From Ministeria vibrans ATCC 50519 (lineage: Eukaryota; Protista; Filasterea): a DNA stretch of 49,566 nucleotides. The DNA lies in NCBI GenBank assembly GCA_943704425.1, contig CALSCP010002457.1, positions 103,200-152,765 on the forward strand, written 5' to 3'. The notes under the pieces were generated by a model. It was not told the origin of the DNA and did no database searches. It saw only the letters and a list, made by a program, of their open reading frames with translations. The position numbers and the translations under genes were made by a program. Of this stretch, positions 22,159 to 33,825 are shown in pieces (the first letter of the stretch is position 1; each line of letters opens with the position of its first letter).

Positions 22159-22237
22159 GCGGGGGGGGCAAATGTATAAATCAGTGGTATGACTATTTAT
22201 CTTGTTAGAATTTACTATTTAGATTCACTTCGTTTCA

Positions 22238-22596
22238 ATGACTCGCTTCTTATTCCCTTACCTCGCTCTTGTCGCGCTGTCACTTGCTCTCGTCTGTGAT
22301 GCACGACTGTCAGCTACATGCAACAGCACTGTTGAGTTCGATACCGACCACACAGGTCAGCCATCGCACTGATGTTATCTATTTTTGTTTGTTTACCTTT
22401 TTGCATTTTTCCCTCCAGGCGACGATATATTGCATCTCTATCTGCCCTCTCCCGACTACACGCTTTGCCTTCAAAAGTGCTGCGATGATGTGCGCTGCAA
22501 TGCTTGGTACGACTGACAAAAAGTCCAATTGACCTCTTTCCTTTGTCAGTCTCTCACTTTGTTTCTTTCTCCTCTCTCTCTCACACTCTCACTCAC

Positions 22597-22687
<91 letters not shown>

Positions 22688-23409
22688 CATTCTAACTCTC
22701 AAACTCTCTATAGGACATACGTAAAGCCAGGTCTTCAAGGACCCCAACCAGGCTGCTATCTTAAGGGTATCTATCTGCTCAATGCCATACCAACCTTATC
22801 TTTCATACTCTGGACTTAGGTGGCGTTGTTTCTCCGACTCAGAACATCAACTGCACCTCAGGCGTCGTAATGAACGACCCGTCGGTGCCTCCCATTGTCC
22901 CGCCTGCCTATCAGGCTTCCGTTGATGTTCAGAGCCTTAGCGGCTCGGTCGCCAAGTCATTCACATCAAAGCGCTTCTACGACTTTGCCGCTTTGAAGTA
23001 CGCCCGCTATGACAGACAGTCCGACAACGGCATTCTCACCGTTAGCATTTCTGACTACAACACTCACACGGTGCACACCGTCACACAAACACCCCTGACA
23101 AATGGCTCGGTGAGCACCCAGTGCGCCTCAGCGCCCCTCTCGGGGTCTCTCTTCAACGCTACCGCTCTCGACACCCTCCGCCCAACCGGCATCCAAATGC
23201 TGGAAGGAAAGGCCACCAACACGTTCACGGGAACGTCCGACTTTGAGTTCACTAACACTCCCGCCACCTACTATGCCACCAGATCAATGTCGCGCGCTGG
23301 CTCGTACATCCTGCGCATCGCTGAACACACCCGCATCTCCGACTTCTTTGCCTTTGTGTCCGGTCCCGTTTCGCCCGAGGTCTTCACTGATCCCCTTTCG
23401 TATTGTTAG
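22238..23409 (+). CDS. secreted protein: PAN/apple domain fused to an ependymin-related (EPDR/LolA-fold-like) domain, 4 exons
   Basis: Signal MTRFLFPYLALVALSLALVCDA. The spliced PAN-type segment is EFDTDHTGDDIL...CLQKCCDDVRCNAWTYVKPGLQGPQPGCYLK...CTSGV. It continues PPIVPPAYQASV...RFYDF...ARYD...SDYNT...QC and ends FFAFVSGPVSPEVFTDPLSYC*. Confidence 0.72.
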
Positions 23410-23550
23410 GGGTCGATTATGGAGAAGAATACATACATAATATTTCCCCGCTGCCAAAGCGGGTCAGCCTTATTACTTTTAGAACATCACGTCAATATCA
23501 TTAATGGAGTGACAAGGTTTCCTCAATTACGAAGAGAAGACTAATAATTT

Positions 23551-23672
23551 ATGCTCGACACGCTCCGCCCGACAAGCGTTCAAAACTAATACGCAAGAGA
23601 GCCCGACACGTGCCCGGGGGATACACGGGCACTCCCCACTTTCTGTTCACCGGCTCCCCCGCCACCTTCTAC
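23551..23672 (+). pseudogene. degenerate fragment paralogous to the upstream EPDR-like domain
   Basis: LDTLRPTSVQ then a stop, and in a shifted frame YTGTPHFLFTGSPATFY. These match LDTLRPTGIQ and FTGTSDFEFTNTPATYY at 23167-23274. Confidence 0.75.
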
Positions 23673-23849
23673 AGCTCAAAACAAGGGCATTGTTCACCTT
23701 GCCCAGCTGTGATTTTGAACTTCTTTTCGTTCAGGCTCACCTAAAGCTTTTCCTAAAGATTCTGTTGCAACGGCACAATAGAAGTGGTTTTACAAAAGCA
23801 GATAGACGAATGAACGTTTAATAGTACAACAATGATGAATTGGGATACA

Positions 23850-25020
23850 TTAGATGCGAGGTTCGTCGTAGATATACGTGTCTTCTCCGTCAGGTAAGGA
23901 TGGGACGCGCGTGTGTGAGGAGGAGGTGGAGGGGGACGTGGAGACCGGAGCGGTGGAGTGGAAGTGAGAGCGGTGTGGAGTGGATGGAGAGCGAGTGTGG
24001 CGGAGAGCCTTGGGGCTGTTGGAGAGAAGGGCGACGGCAAGGGCGTCAGCTCGTGGGGCGACAATGACGGGTGTGGATGATTTGCGGGAGTGGGAAGGAG
24101 GAGAGGAGACGGCGTGGGTGGAGTCACTGTTGCGGCGGGGTCGGTGACGACGCATCGCCATGGGAGAGGGAGAAGGTGAGCCGGCGGCGCTAGAGAGCTC
24201 GCTGACGCTGCTTGAGTAGTCGTTGACTAGTTCACGACGGTGTGTCTGTTGCAGTTGTTGCAGTTGTTGTTGTTGTTGTTGTTGTTGTTGTTGCTGTTGC
24301 TGTTGGTAGCTTTGGTGAGATGAGGAGCGACCGAGGGAGGGAGTGATGGTGGTACTGAGGTCTGAGATATGACGCGAGAGCAGACGCGTGTTAGAGGAAG
24401 CGGCGCGATGGAAGGCGGGTGAGGAGGAGCCGGGTCGAGCGGGTTCGTCAACGGAGTGATGATCATCGTCGAGTTCAGCGGCGGCGGCGGTGACAGCGGC
24501 GGCGATGGCGAGCGATGTGGCGGTCGACGAGGTGGAGAGCGATGATGAAGCGGACGACGTGGATGGTTGATAGATGGAGGAAGGAGGAGTGGAACGACGA
24601 GAGGGTATGGTTTCGACAGCGGACGCTGAGCGACGAGCCACGGGTGATGTAGGAAGAGCGGACTGGTTGCGTGAGGGTGGTGGGGAGAGCATGGTAGCAG
24701 TAACACTGCCAGCGGGCTCATCAAGGGTGAGTTGTGAGCCAAGAACACTCGCACTGAACCTGTGGACGGCCCGTGGAGATTCGCGTACATTGACATTGAG
24801 GGAGGGTGAGGAAGAGTGACGGAGAGGGGCGGGAGCAGCGGTAACACTGGAGCGCGGTGACTGCTGTTGTGGTGGGTGGTACACGGAGGAGGCAGAAGCG
24901 GTAGAATTGACGTGACGTGACTGCTTTGTCACTGTGGCACGGTAGTGAGACGGAGAATGGTGTGGATGAGGGAGATGGGCGTGGTCAAATGACTGACTCT
25001 GTTGCAGAGGATGATGGAAG

Positions 25021-25071
<51 letters not shown>

Positions 25072-25381
25072 CGCTGCTGCTGCTGTTGATGGTGCAATGA
25101 CGACAGCGAGACAGCAGAGGTGACAACAGCGTCTTCTTCGTCGCTGGAGGCGCTCATGACGGGCGTGGGCATGGAGGTGACAGTAAGTTGGTCAATGAAA
25201 GTGTGCGAGAGCAGCTGAGTGGCACTGGGCCGACTCGATGGGTCCACACACAGACAGCTTTGTGTAAACGCACGCGCATCGCCTGTGAGGACTTCAGGGA
25301 CATCAGGGCCTTCCGTCACACGCGTCAGATGGAAAATAATGGCCACTTTGTCTCGGTATTTTTGCCATGGTGGCTAAAGAT

Positions 25382-25416
<35 letters not shown>

Positions 25417-26530
25417 GGTTAGCTAGCACACACACTATATCAGTTCGATCCAGGAAACGTACCTTTCCGGTGACCATTTCAATAATGGTACAACCGAGCG
25501 ACCAGATGTCGGCGGACTTATCGTGGCCATGCTGGCGAGCGACTTCGGGTGCCATCCAGTTGGGGGTGCCGTTGAGGGAGGAGGAGAGGGAGGCAGTGAC
25601 GGCGAGACGACCACTGGTGCCAAAGTCGCACAGCTTGACAATGCCGTTGCTGTCGACAAGAATGTTGGCGCCTTTGATGTCCAAATGGACAATGTCGCGG
25701 CCGTGCAGGTAGCTGAGGCCACACAGAATCTGACGTGTGTACACGGCAGCGAGGTGAACAGAGAGCGCCCCAAACTTTTCCAGGAGTGTCTGAATCGAGC
25801 CGCCCGCCGCGTACTCCAGCAGAATGTGTAGCTGGTCGTGTTCGCGTTGCATTCCCAGGTACTGCACGACGTTGGGATGCTGCAGGGTCTGCAGCACGGC
25901 AATCTCCTTTTCCAGCGCGCGCAGTTCACCATTGCTCGCACCAACCCCGACCGTTTTCACAGCCACAAGGCGCCCAGAGTCCTCCAGCAGCGCCAAATGA
26001 ACTTGACCAAATGCACCGGTGCCCAGGGCGGGGCCCTGGCGGAAGACCAATGCGTTGTCGCTTCGCAGGGTGGCGCGAGACGTGTGGGAACTTTTGGAAT
26101 TTTCAAAAGTTTTGGCGGTTCGTCCGGGCGTTGTTTCGCCTGCGCTTGGCACGGCGTCTGCCAGAACACTCCGTGGCGACTCTAGTGGCACTAAAGGGTC
26201 GTCGGCAAAGGCGCTCGTTCGTGAAACTGGAATGTCCGCTATTCTAACACCTCGCGATTGCGTTGCACTCGCCGTCTGAACCTCACTCTGGACGCGATGA
26301 AGACGCCCAAAGTCACCACGAGGTGCCATGGACGGCGAGGATTCGGCGGATCGGTCGGCGTACGCAGCGTCCGCCCCGGAGCGCCTTGACATTCCACTGC
26401 CGCCCTCCGAGGATCGCTTGCGCGCGCGCCCATAACTTGCAGCGAGGTTGCTGAACAGCGTGCTGGCAGGTTCGTCCTGTACAAACTCATCTGCCTGCTC
26501 CTCTTGCGACCGCCATTCGTCTGAGAACAT
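23850..26530 (-). CDS. STE11/MEKK-family MAP kinase kinase kinase with long S/P/Q-rich C-terminus
   Basis: GPALGTGAFGQVHLAL, VAVKTV, ALEKEIAVLQTLQHPNVVQYLG, EYAAGGS, HLDIKGANILV, DFG, GTPNWMAPEV, ADIWSLGCTIIEMVTGK|PPW. One intron at about 25378-25462. The 5' end is uncertain. Confidence 0.9.
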
Positions 26531-26591
26531 TCTTCGTCGCTCCTTTTTTTTTCTTTCGTTCCTTTCTTTTTTTTAGATCCGCAAAAATGCG

Positions 26592-26626
<35 letters not shown>

Positions 26627-26977
26627 GAAGAGAAAAAAAAAAGAATGCGCGCGAAATACCAGCGTAAAGGCAGTGGGGTGCCTCCAACTGTCACTTAAAT
26701 CTCGTTTATAAGGGGCTGCGAGTGAGTGCGGTAGCGTGCGACGACTCTTTCTGAGACACATAAAGGTGTGTTGTCCCAAAAAAAAAGCCGAAAAAAAGGA
26801 AAAGTCGCTAACGACGCTGGTATGGGGCTTAAATCACAACAGCGTGGGAGTGCAGGTATTGTGTAGTGTGTACAATGCTGTTTGAGCAAAGCGTCGTGGA
26901 GAAAGAGCAAAGGGAAGCAACGTTTTCGGGCGTTTTTTATGGGAGTTGTCGTTGTTGTTGTTGTTGTTGTTGTGTAC

Positions 26978-27076
26978 CTTTTGATGTTGAGTGACAGACA
27001 CGGCTGCGTTGGCACCAGCCATGAGCTGAATAGCCACAAAGGCGACAGTCACCACCAACAGTGTGGTAGCGCGCAT
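26978..27076 (-). CDS. first exon of a short ORF encoding a signal peptide (small secreted peptide or uORF)
   Basis: MRATTLLVVTVAFVAIQLMAGANA-AVSVTQHQK followed by donor-like AAG|gtacac. It lies just downstream of the AT-rich divergent intergenic region. The downstream exon is unresolved. Confidence 0.4.
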
Positions 27077-27314
27077 CTTATGGCACAGGAACAAAAAATC
27101 ACTGGACACTGACTAAACAAATCTCTATCTCTGTACATTGAACTTTGAATAAACAACAATATTATTTTCATTTGAATTTTGACATTAATAAAAATTATTA
27201 AATTAAAAATTACATTTTTTCTAATTTCGTGGACCCTCTCCGACCCGTGTCTTCAATAATCATCTCGTACATCAGCCCTCACTCTCATTCACACACTCAC
27301 TCTCACAAATCAGA

Positions 27315-29300
27315 ATGGTAGTCTCTCCCAAAATACGACTGAGTGTAAACCCAACTTGAAATCCTTATGGGCTCTCCCTTTCGTCTTGATTTTTAGGGAT
27401 TCGACACTTTAACAACCGTTGAGACTCGCCATGAAGACATGATTGTAAGAAACACTCTCCATTTTCATGAAACGTTTCTCTTTTCGTTTCAATCGCTCCG
27501 CTTTGCCAGCGCCGTATCTTTGCGCCGCATGACTTCCACCCATCGACGTGATTGCCTTCGTCCCTCTGACATCTCCATTACAGCCGTGGACTGTTTGACA
27601 TTTACCTATTTCGCCAATTCACAACGAACGAAAAAAAAAAAGAAAAAAAAAATACATCTCGACGCATCACCACTGCCGCGCAAGCGTCTTGCCGGGGCCC
27701 ACTCCGCCCTCATTGCACCCCACACGTACCGCGCGTCTCTCTCCGACATGCCACGCGGCCCTCTGTGCCTGCAAACACGCTCAAGGCCCTCTTTTGACGG
27801 ATGTGTCACAGCAACGACACTTTCTTCGCGTCGCTCAAACGCTTTCGCGTGACCCTTGCCCCATCGTTCACTCTGGAACATTGCTATACTTTGTGTTTAA
27901 ACCATCCTGTGTGCAACGTATCGCCCGATGTTGTTGGTGTCGGTGATGCTGTTTTTCTTCTCTTGGCACAATCGTTTCTCAACTCTCGTCTGTTGCTGCG
28001 ACCCAACCCAACCCAGCATGATGCACAGCTTGATTTTTACGGACGACGACTTGCTACTGCCTCGTCGGATCGCACCGTACGCATCTTTGAGGTGGCCGGC
28101 GACCAACATACAGAGATTGCTGCACTCCGAGGGTATGTGATCCCAACTCGCCCGTGCACAACAAACGCTTTCGTTTTTATTTCATCCATAGTCATGAAGG
28201 GCCTGTCTGGCAATCGGCCTGGGCACATCCTAAGTTTGGGTCGCTCATTGCATCGTGTTCATACGACGGACGAGTGATCATCTGGAAGGAGCAGAGTGGT
28301 CAGCAGCAGCAGGCGCAACACAGTCAACAGTACGCGACCAACAATGGCGGATGGGAAAAGTACCATGAGCATGCGGGCCACTCGTCGTCAGTCAATGCTG
28401 TTGCATGGGCGCCCCATGAGCTTGACTGTCTTATGCTTGCCTGTGCCTCTTCAGATGGAAGTGGTACGTTACACTTGTTGCTCTCCCTCGCTTTTTGTTC
28501 TTTCGTAGCTTTCACTTAAAAACGAATTCTTTTTCTCTTTAGTGTCGATTTTGACGGCCAAGGAAGACGGTTTGTTTGAGAGCACCTCTTTTCACGCACA
28601 CTCGATTGGTTGCAATGCCGTAAGCTGGGCTCCTGCGTTTGCACCGGGCACACTCGCACAGCCCCAGCAGCAGGGCAGTGCCGAGTCTGCGCCCGTTCCC
28701 GTCAGACGGATTGTCACCGCTGGCTCTGACAATGCAGTCAAGGTACAACAATCGCACATTTCTTTCTCTTCTCGCGCTCCTTGCTCACAGATTCCCCCTT
28801 TTTTTTTTTTTCTTCTTTCTTTTTTCTTATAGATTTGGCATTGCACCAACGAGACGTCGTGGGAGCTGGAAGCGACTCTACCTGGCCATCTCGATTGGGT
28901 TCGTGATGTCGCATGGTACGCACATGTCGAACTCTTTATCACACACACACACACACACACTGACGGTGCACAATCACATTCCTAGGGCCCCTAATGTGGG
29001 TATTGGTGGCAGCATGATTGCGTCGGGCGGTCAAGACAGCCAAGTGCTCATCTTCAAGCAGAGCTCTCCCTCGGATCCCTGGACATCGACCGTCCTCAAT
29101 AAGTTTCCCGATGTTGTCTGGCGTGTCAGTTGGAGCGTCACCGGAAACATCCTCGCTGTGTAAGCTCTGCGGCCTCTCTAGTGCTTCTTTTTCTCACCTT
29201 TGTTGCTTTCTGTAGCTCGGGTGGCGACAATAAAGTAACCTTGTGGAAGGAGACGGTCGAGGGCGACTGGGGTTGTCTCAGTGCTCTTGATCAGAATTAA
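27315..29300 (+). CDS. SEC13: protein transport protein SEC13 (WD40), multi-exon
   Basis: ATG|...VETRHEDMI|[110 protein letters not shown]|[12 protein letters not shown]. Confidence 0.97.
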
Positions 29301-29721
29301 GAAAAAGTTAATAATAAAATTTAATTATTATTATTTTTTTATTATTGATTATAATTAATTATACGTAGAATAGCAAACCAAAGCCTTCTCTACTCTCTAT
29401 CGCTTTTTCTCTATCACTTTGTCTTTCTATCACTTAAATTCACTTTGTCTCAATTTGAATATAATTATTCACTCTATCACTTTCTCTCTCTTTATCGCAT
29501 TGTCTCTTTCTCTCTCTCTCTATCGCTCTCTCTTTCTCTCTAGTCTCTTAACTCTTCTGTGACAGACTGACAGACAGTGAGACAGACCTGTAGTGCCGTG
29601 ATGTGATGCTTTATTTAATATTCTAGTGAAGAGAAGGAAAAGACAATAATATTCAATGTGAATATAATATTACACTCAAATGAAAAATTAAAAATTAAAA
29701 ATCAAATAATTACTTACTACC

Positions 29722-32003
29722 ATGTCTCGCTTTTTCGCAACTGGAGACACCGAGAGCTCGGCAAGTGAGAGTGATGGAGAGGGAGACTACCAGGCTCCGA
29801 CGATTGCGCCCAAGGCGTAAGTGGCGAAAAAAAAAACCTTCACGGCACACTCGCGTGCGCTATCGTCATCCTGAAGGCTCCTCAGCCTGCCGTGCATCTT
29901 CCTCGAGCCCCTCCCGGCGCATTTCCAGCACAAACCCAGTGCTGGCGTGCCCTGAAATTGTTTCATGTGGGACAAGTCTGTCTCGTAGACCCATTCTCTC
30001 TCTCTCTCTCTCTCTCACTCTCTCTCTCTCTCGCGCGCCGCCTCCGCCTCGCCCCTCCCCGCCTGCCCCCGCCCACGTCCGCCTCTGCATGCACCTCCAT
30101 CCACCTCTATCATCGTGTCCATTTGTGTGTCTTAACGCTGATCCTTTTTTTTTTTTTTTTTTGATGTGTTCAGCGGAAACTTCATTGACTCGGACAGCGA
30201 CGACGAGCGCCGCGTCGTCGTGATGCGCTCCGACAAACGCAAGGACGAGCTGCAGCGCCTTGCCAAGGCGTACCGCGGCTACAAGAAGAACCGTGACTTT
30301 GAGAGAATTGACATTGGTAAACGCGCGTTTTTTTTTTTTTTTTTTTTTTTTTCTCACTCCTGTTTCTTCTTTTGACAACTGAAAAATTTTTGTTTCTTTA
30401 GCATTTGCGGATCTTCAGACCGCTGTCAAGGCGTACCAGAAGGCGACGGGCACCGATTCGGCGCTTCCCTCTATCTTCCTGCAGACTGTGCTGGACATGA
30501 GTGCGTTTGTGGGGGAGTCGTGGGGCACACGCAAGACGCTCAACAAGCTGCCGGCCAAGGCGCTGTCGTCGCTCAAGCAGAACGTCAAGAAGCTCATTGA
30601 GGCGAACCAGGAGGCCTTTGATAAATTCAAAGAGGTAAGGGAGCGTAGCGTTGTATGACGAGTGTCTGACTATTGTCATGCTTCTTGTTTTATTGTGATG
30701 AAGAACCCCGTTGACGACGATGAGGAGGAAGCGAAGAAGCACGGTGGTGGCGAGTCGGACGAAGATGACGATGACCAATTTGGCGATGATGATGAGTTTG
30801 ACGATGATGGGTCAGACCCGTTTGCGGCCGACTCGGACGGATTCGAGACGGTGGGTCGCAAGAAGAAGACAAGCAAGAAGAAGAGTCAGAGCGACGATGA
30901 TGCGTCTGACTCTGACGACGATGAAGATGACCGCAACCCCAAGTCAAAGTTCCTCAAGGTATTTACTTTTTTAAAATTAATAATAATAATAATAATTATA
31001 ATAATAATAATTATTATTGTATATAAATGTCTTACACTTTTTTTGTGTGTAGGACGATTTCTCTGAGTCGGAGAGCGATTCGGACGAAGAGGTGCCAACG
31101 GGTAATCTGACGCGAGAGTGGTTCCTGAAGACGACAGTGGAGCGGGAGGAGCGAGAACGCAAAGAGCGTCAGCAGGAGCGTGCACGACTGCGCAAGGAGC
31201 GTCGCGAGGCGGCTGAGGCGGCGGGACGCGAGGCGCGCGCCCTCGCCGGCGAGGACGGGCCGGGAGGCGCAGGGGAGGCCGGTAGCACGGTCGAGCAGGG
31301 TCTGTTTGAGGGTGTCGAGGAGATCACGGCTGTTATGGTGTTGGAGAAGCTGGAGGAGATCCTGGCGGCACGAGGACGCAAGGGCACCGTTGCCGAGCAT
31401 CAGGTGGATCTGCTGCAAAAGCTTGCTGTCATTGCCACCGAGCAGCAGTTGGGTCGTGGTATCGAGACCAAGCTGCACCTGCATGTCATTTCGGCGCTCT
31501 TCTTCCAGAGCACGCCGACCAACCCCATGAATGGCGCGCAGTGGAACCGCTGCTTTGATAACATCTCGGCGCTCATCCGCACCCTCACCGAACACACGGA
31601 TGTGCATCTTGTCGACACAACCGAGATTCCTCAGGCACCGCTTGGCAGCGACCCGTCCGCCACCGCCCCACCCACCCCCACTACTCCCGCCAGTGTCTCC
31701 TCGTCGTCGGGCGCGCCTGCCTTCCCTGCTGCCTCTGTCGTCGTCGAGGAGAGTCTTCTCGAGGCGCCTTTCTACGTGCACGGTTCGCTTGTCTACTCGC
31801 TCGAACGTCTCGACGACGAGTTTACCAAGACACTGCAGAACACAGACCCTCACACGACTGAGTATGTGTCGCGTCTGCGGGAAGAGTCGCGTCTTCTCGA
31901 TTTGTTTGTTCTCGCACAGACGTACTTGGAGCAGCAGGGCGACACCACCGCCATTTGCCGTTGCTACCTTCGTCGTCTGGAGCACCTCTACTTTAAGGTG
32001 AGG

Positions 32004-32043
<40 letters not shown>

Positions 32044-33649
32044 AGACCCAAAAAATTATTATTATTAGACCCAAAAAAATTTATTATTATTATTATTATT
32101 CATTATTCATAATATTTTTTTTTTCATTTTTCTATGTGTGTAGGTCGATTATGAGTCGATTGGGATTGACGTGACGGGCGTGATTGCGGCGGCGACGGGC
32201 GGCGACGAGGAGACGCTGGAGGTGGACACGAGTGCACTGAACAACTACCACCGGCCGTCACCGGCGACCATTGACCACCTGTGCCGATACATCTACACAC
32301 ATGATGGGTCGTACCGCATGCGCACACGTGCCATTCTGTGCCAAATCTACCACCACGCGTTGCACGACCGTTGGACGGAAGGCCGCGACCTCATGCTCAT
32401 GTCGCACCTTCAGGAGGACATTGGGCGTGCCGACGTGAACACCCAGGCGCTCTTCAACCGCGCTATGGTGCAGCTGGGCCTGTGTGCTTTCCGCAATGGG
32501 CTCATCAAGGACGCGCACGCGTGTCTCCACGAGATTATGGCGACGCAAAAGGCCAAGGAGCTGCTGGCGCAGGGCGTGCAGAACCCGCGTCACCAGGACA
32601 AAACGGCGGAGGAGGAGAAGATTGAGAAGCGCCGTCAGCTGCCCTTCCACATGCACATCAACTACGAGCTGCTCGAGTGCGTGTACCTGACCACTGCGCT
32701 GCTCATTGAGGTGCCCAACATGGCCGCGAACCGCTTTGACCACCGTCGCCGCATTGTCAGCAAGCCTTTCCGCAAGTACTGGGACATTATCGAGCGACAA
32801 CTGTTCCAGGGACCGCCCGAGAACACGCGCGAGCACGTCATTGCAGCGGCGCGTGCGCTGCACAACGGCGACTGGCGCCAGTGCCACAAGTATCTCATGG
32901 ACATTAAGGCTTGGAATCTGTTCCCCGCAGCCGACACGGTCAAGACGATGCTGCGCAGTGAGGTGCAGACTCAAGGTATTCGCACCTACCTGCTCGAGTA
33001 CAGCGGTGCCTACGCCTCCCTCCACATTGACGATCTCTGTGCCATGTTTGAGCTGGAGCGACCCGCTGTGCACGCCATTGTCTCCAAGATGATCATTAAC
33101 GAGGAGCTCCACGCCACCTGGGACCAGCCCACCAACACGGTTCTCATTCACCAGGAGGAGCCGTCGCGTCTTCAGGCTCTCGCCGTCCAGTTTGCCGACA
33201 AGGTATGTTCCAATCTATTCTCTTCTCTATCATTATTGTGCAATCTAATTGGTATGTATGCGCGCGTGTGGTGCATAGGCTGCGCAACTGGTGGAGAACA
33301 ACGACCGTCTCTACGAGGTGCGTGTGGGTGCAAGTGCTCAGCAGCAGACGCAGCGCAACACAGGCTCGTCGGGAGGCTCGGGCGGCAACTCGGGTGGCGG
33401 AGGCAACTCCTCCGGCTCCGGGTACTACCGAAAGGACTCTCAGTTGTAAGTTGGTGTCATTATTATACGCGTATTATTTTTATTAAGATGTCATGTTCTT
33501 TCATCATCATTCTAATTTTTTTTTCTGCTAGACGGAATCGATCGACTCAGGGTGGACAGCAGCGCGGAGGAAACTACCGGTCGTACTCCAACGCGGGGGG
33601 CAACAGCTCCACGGGAAATGCCGACTACTCGCGCAACTACGCACGATAA
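29722..33649 (+). CDS. EIF3C: eukaryotic translation initiation factor 3 subunit C
   Basis: MSRFFATGD, DSDDERRVVVMRS, LEEILAARGRKGT, ERLDDEFTKTLQNTDPHTTEYVSRL, RTRAILCQIYHHALHD, QALFNRAMVQLGLCAFR, RQLPFHMHINYELLECVYL, GPPENTREHV and PCI-domain VHAIVSKMIINEELHATWDQPT. Confidence 0.97.
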
Positions 33650-33672
33650 CGAGAGCGGAATGAAGATCCGAG

Positions 33673-33729
33673 GAGATTTATTAGAGATTTATTAGAGATT
33701 TATTAGAATTTATTAGAGATGTATTAGAG
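33673..33729. repeat. 11-bp tandem repeat (gagatttatta) x~5 downstream of the eIF3c stop
   Basis: Direct observation. Confidence 0.85.
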
Positions 33730-33825
33730 TCGAATCATAATAATAATAATAATAATAATTATTAATGACTATTGTTTCAGTTTCCGTTTTCGTTTCGAGA
33801 ATATTTATCTTTTTTATATAATTAT

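Noticed and set aside
31032-33151. Long antisense ORFs over eIF3c (also over V0a, MARK and the receptor)
   Set aside because: Expected shadows of GC3-rich coding sequence with no independent motifs.
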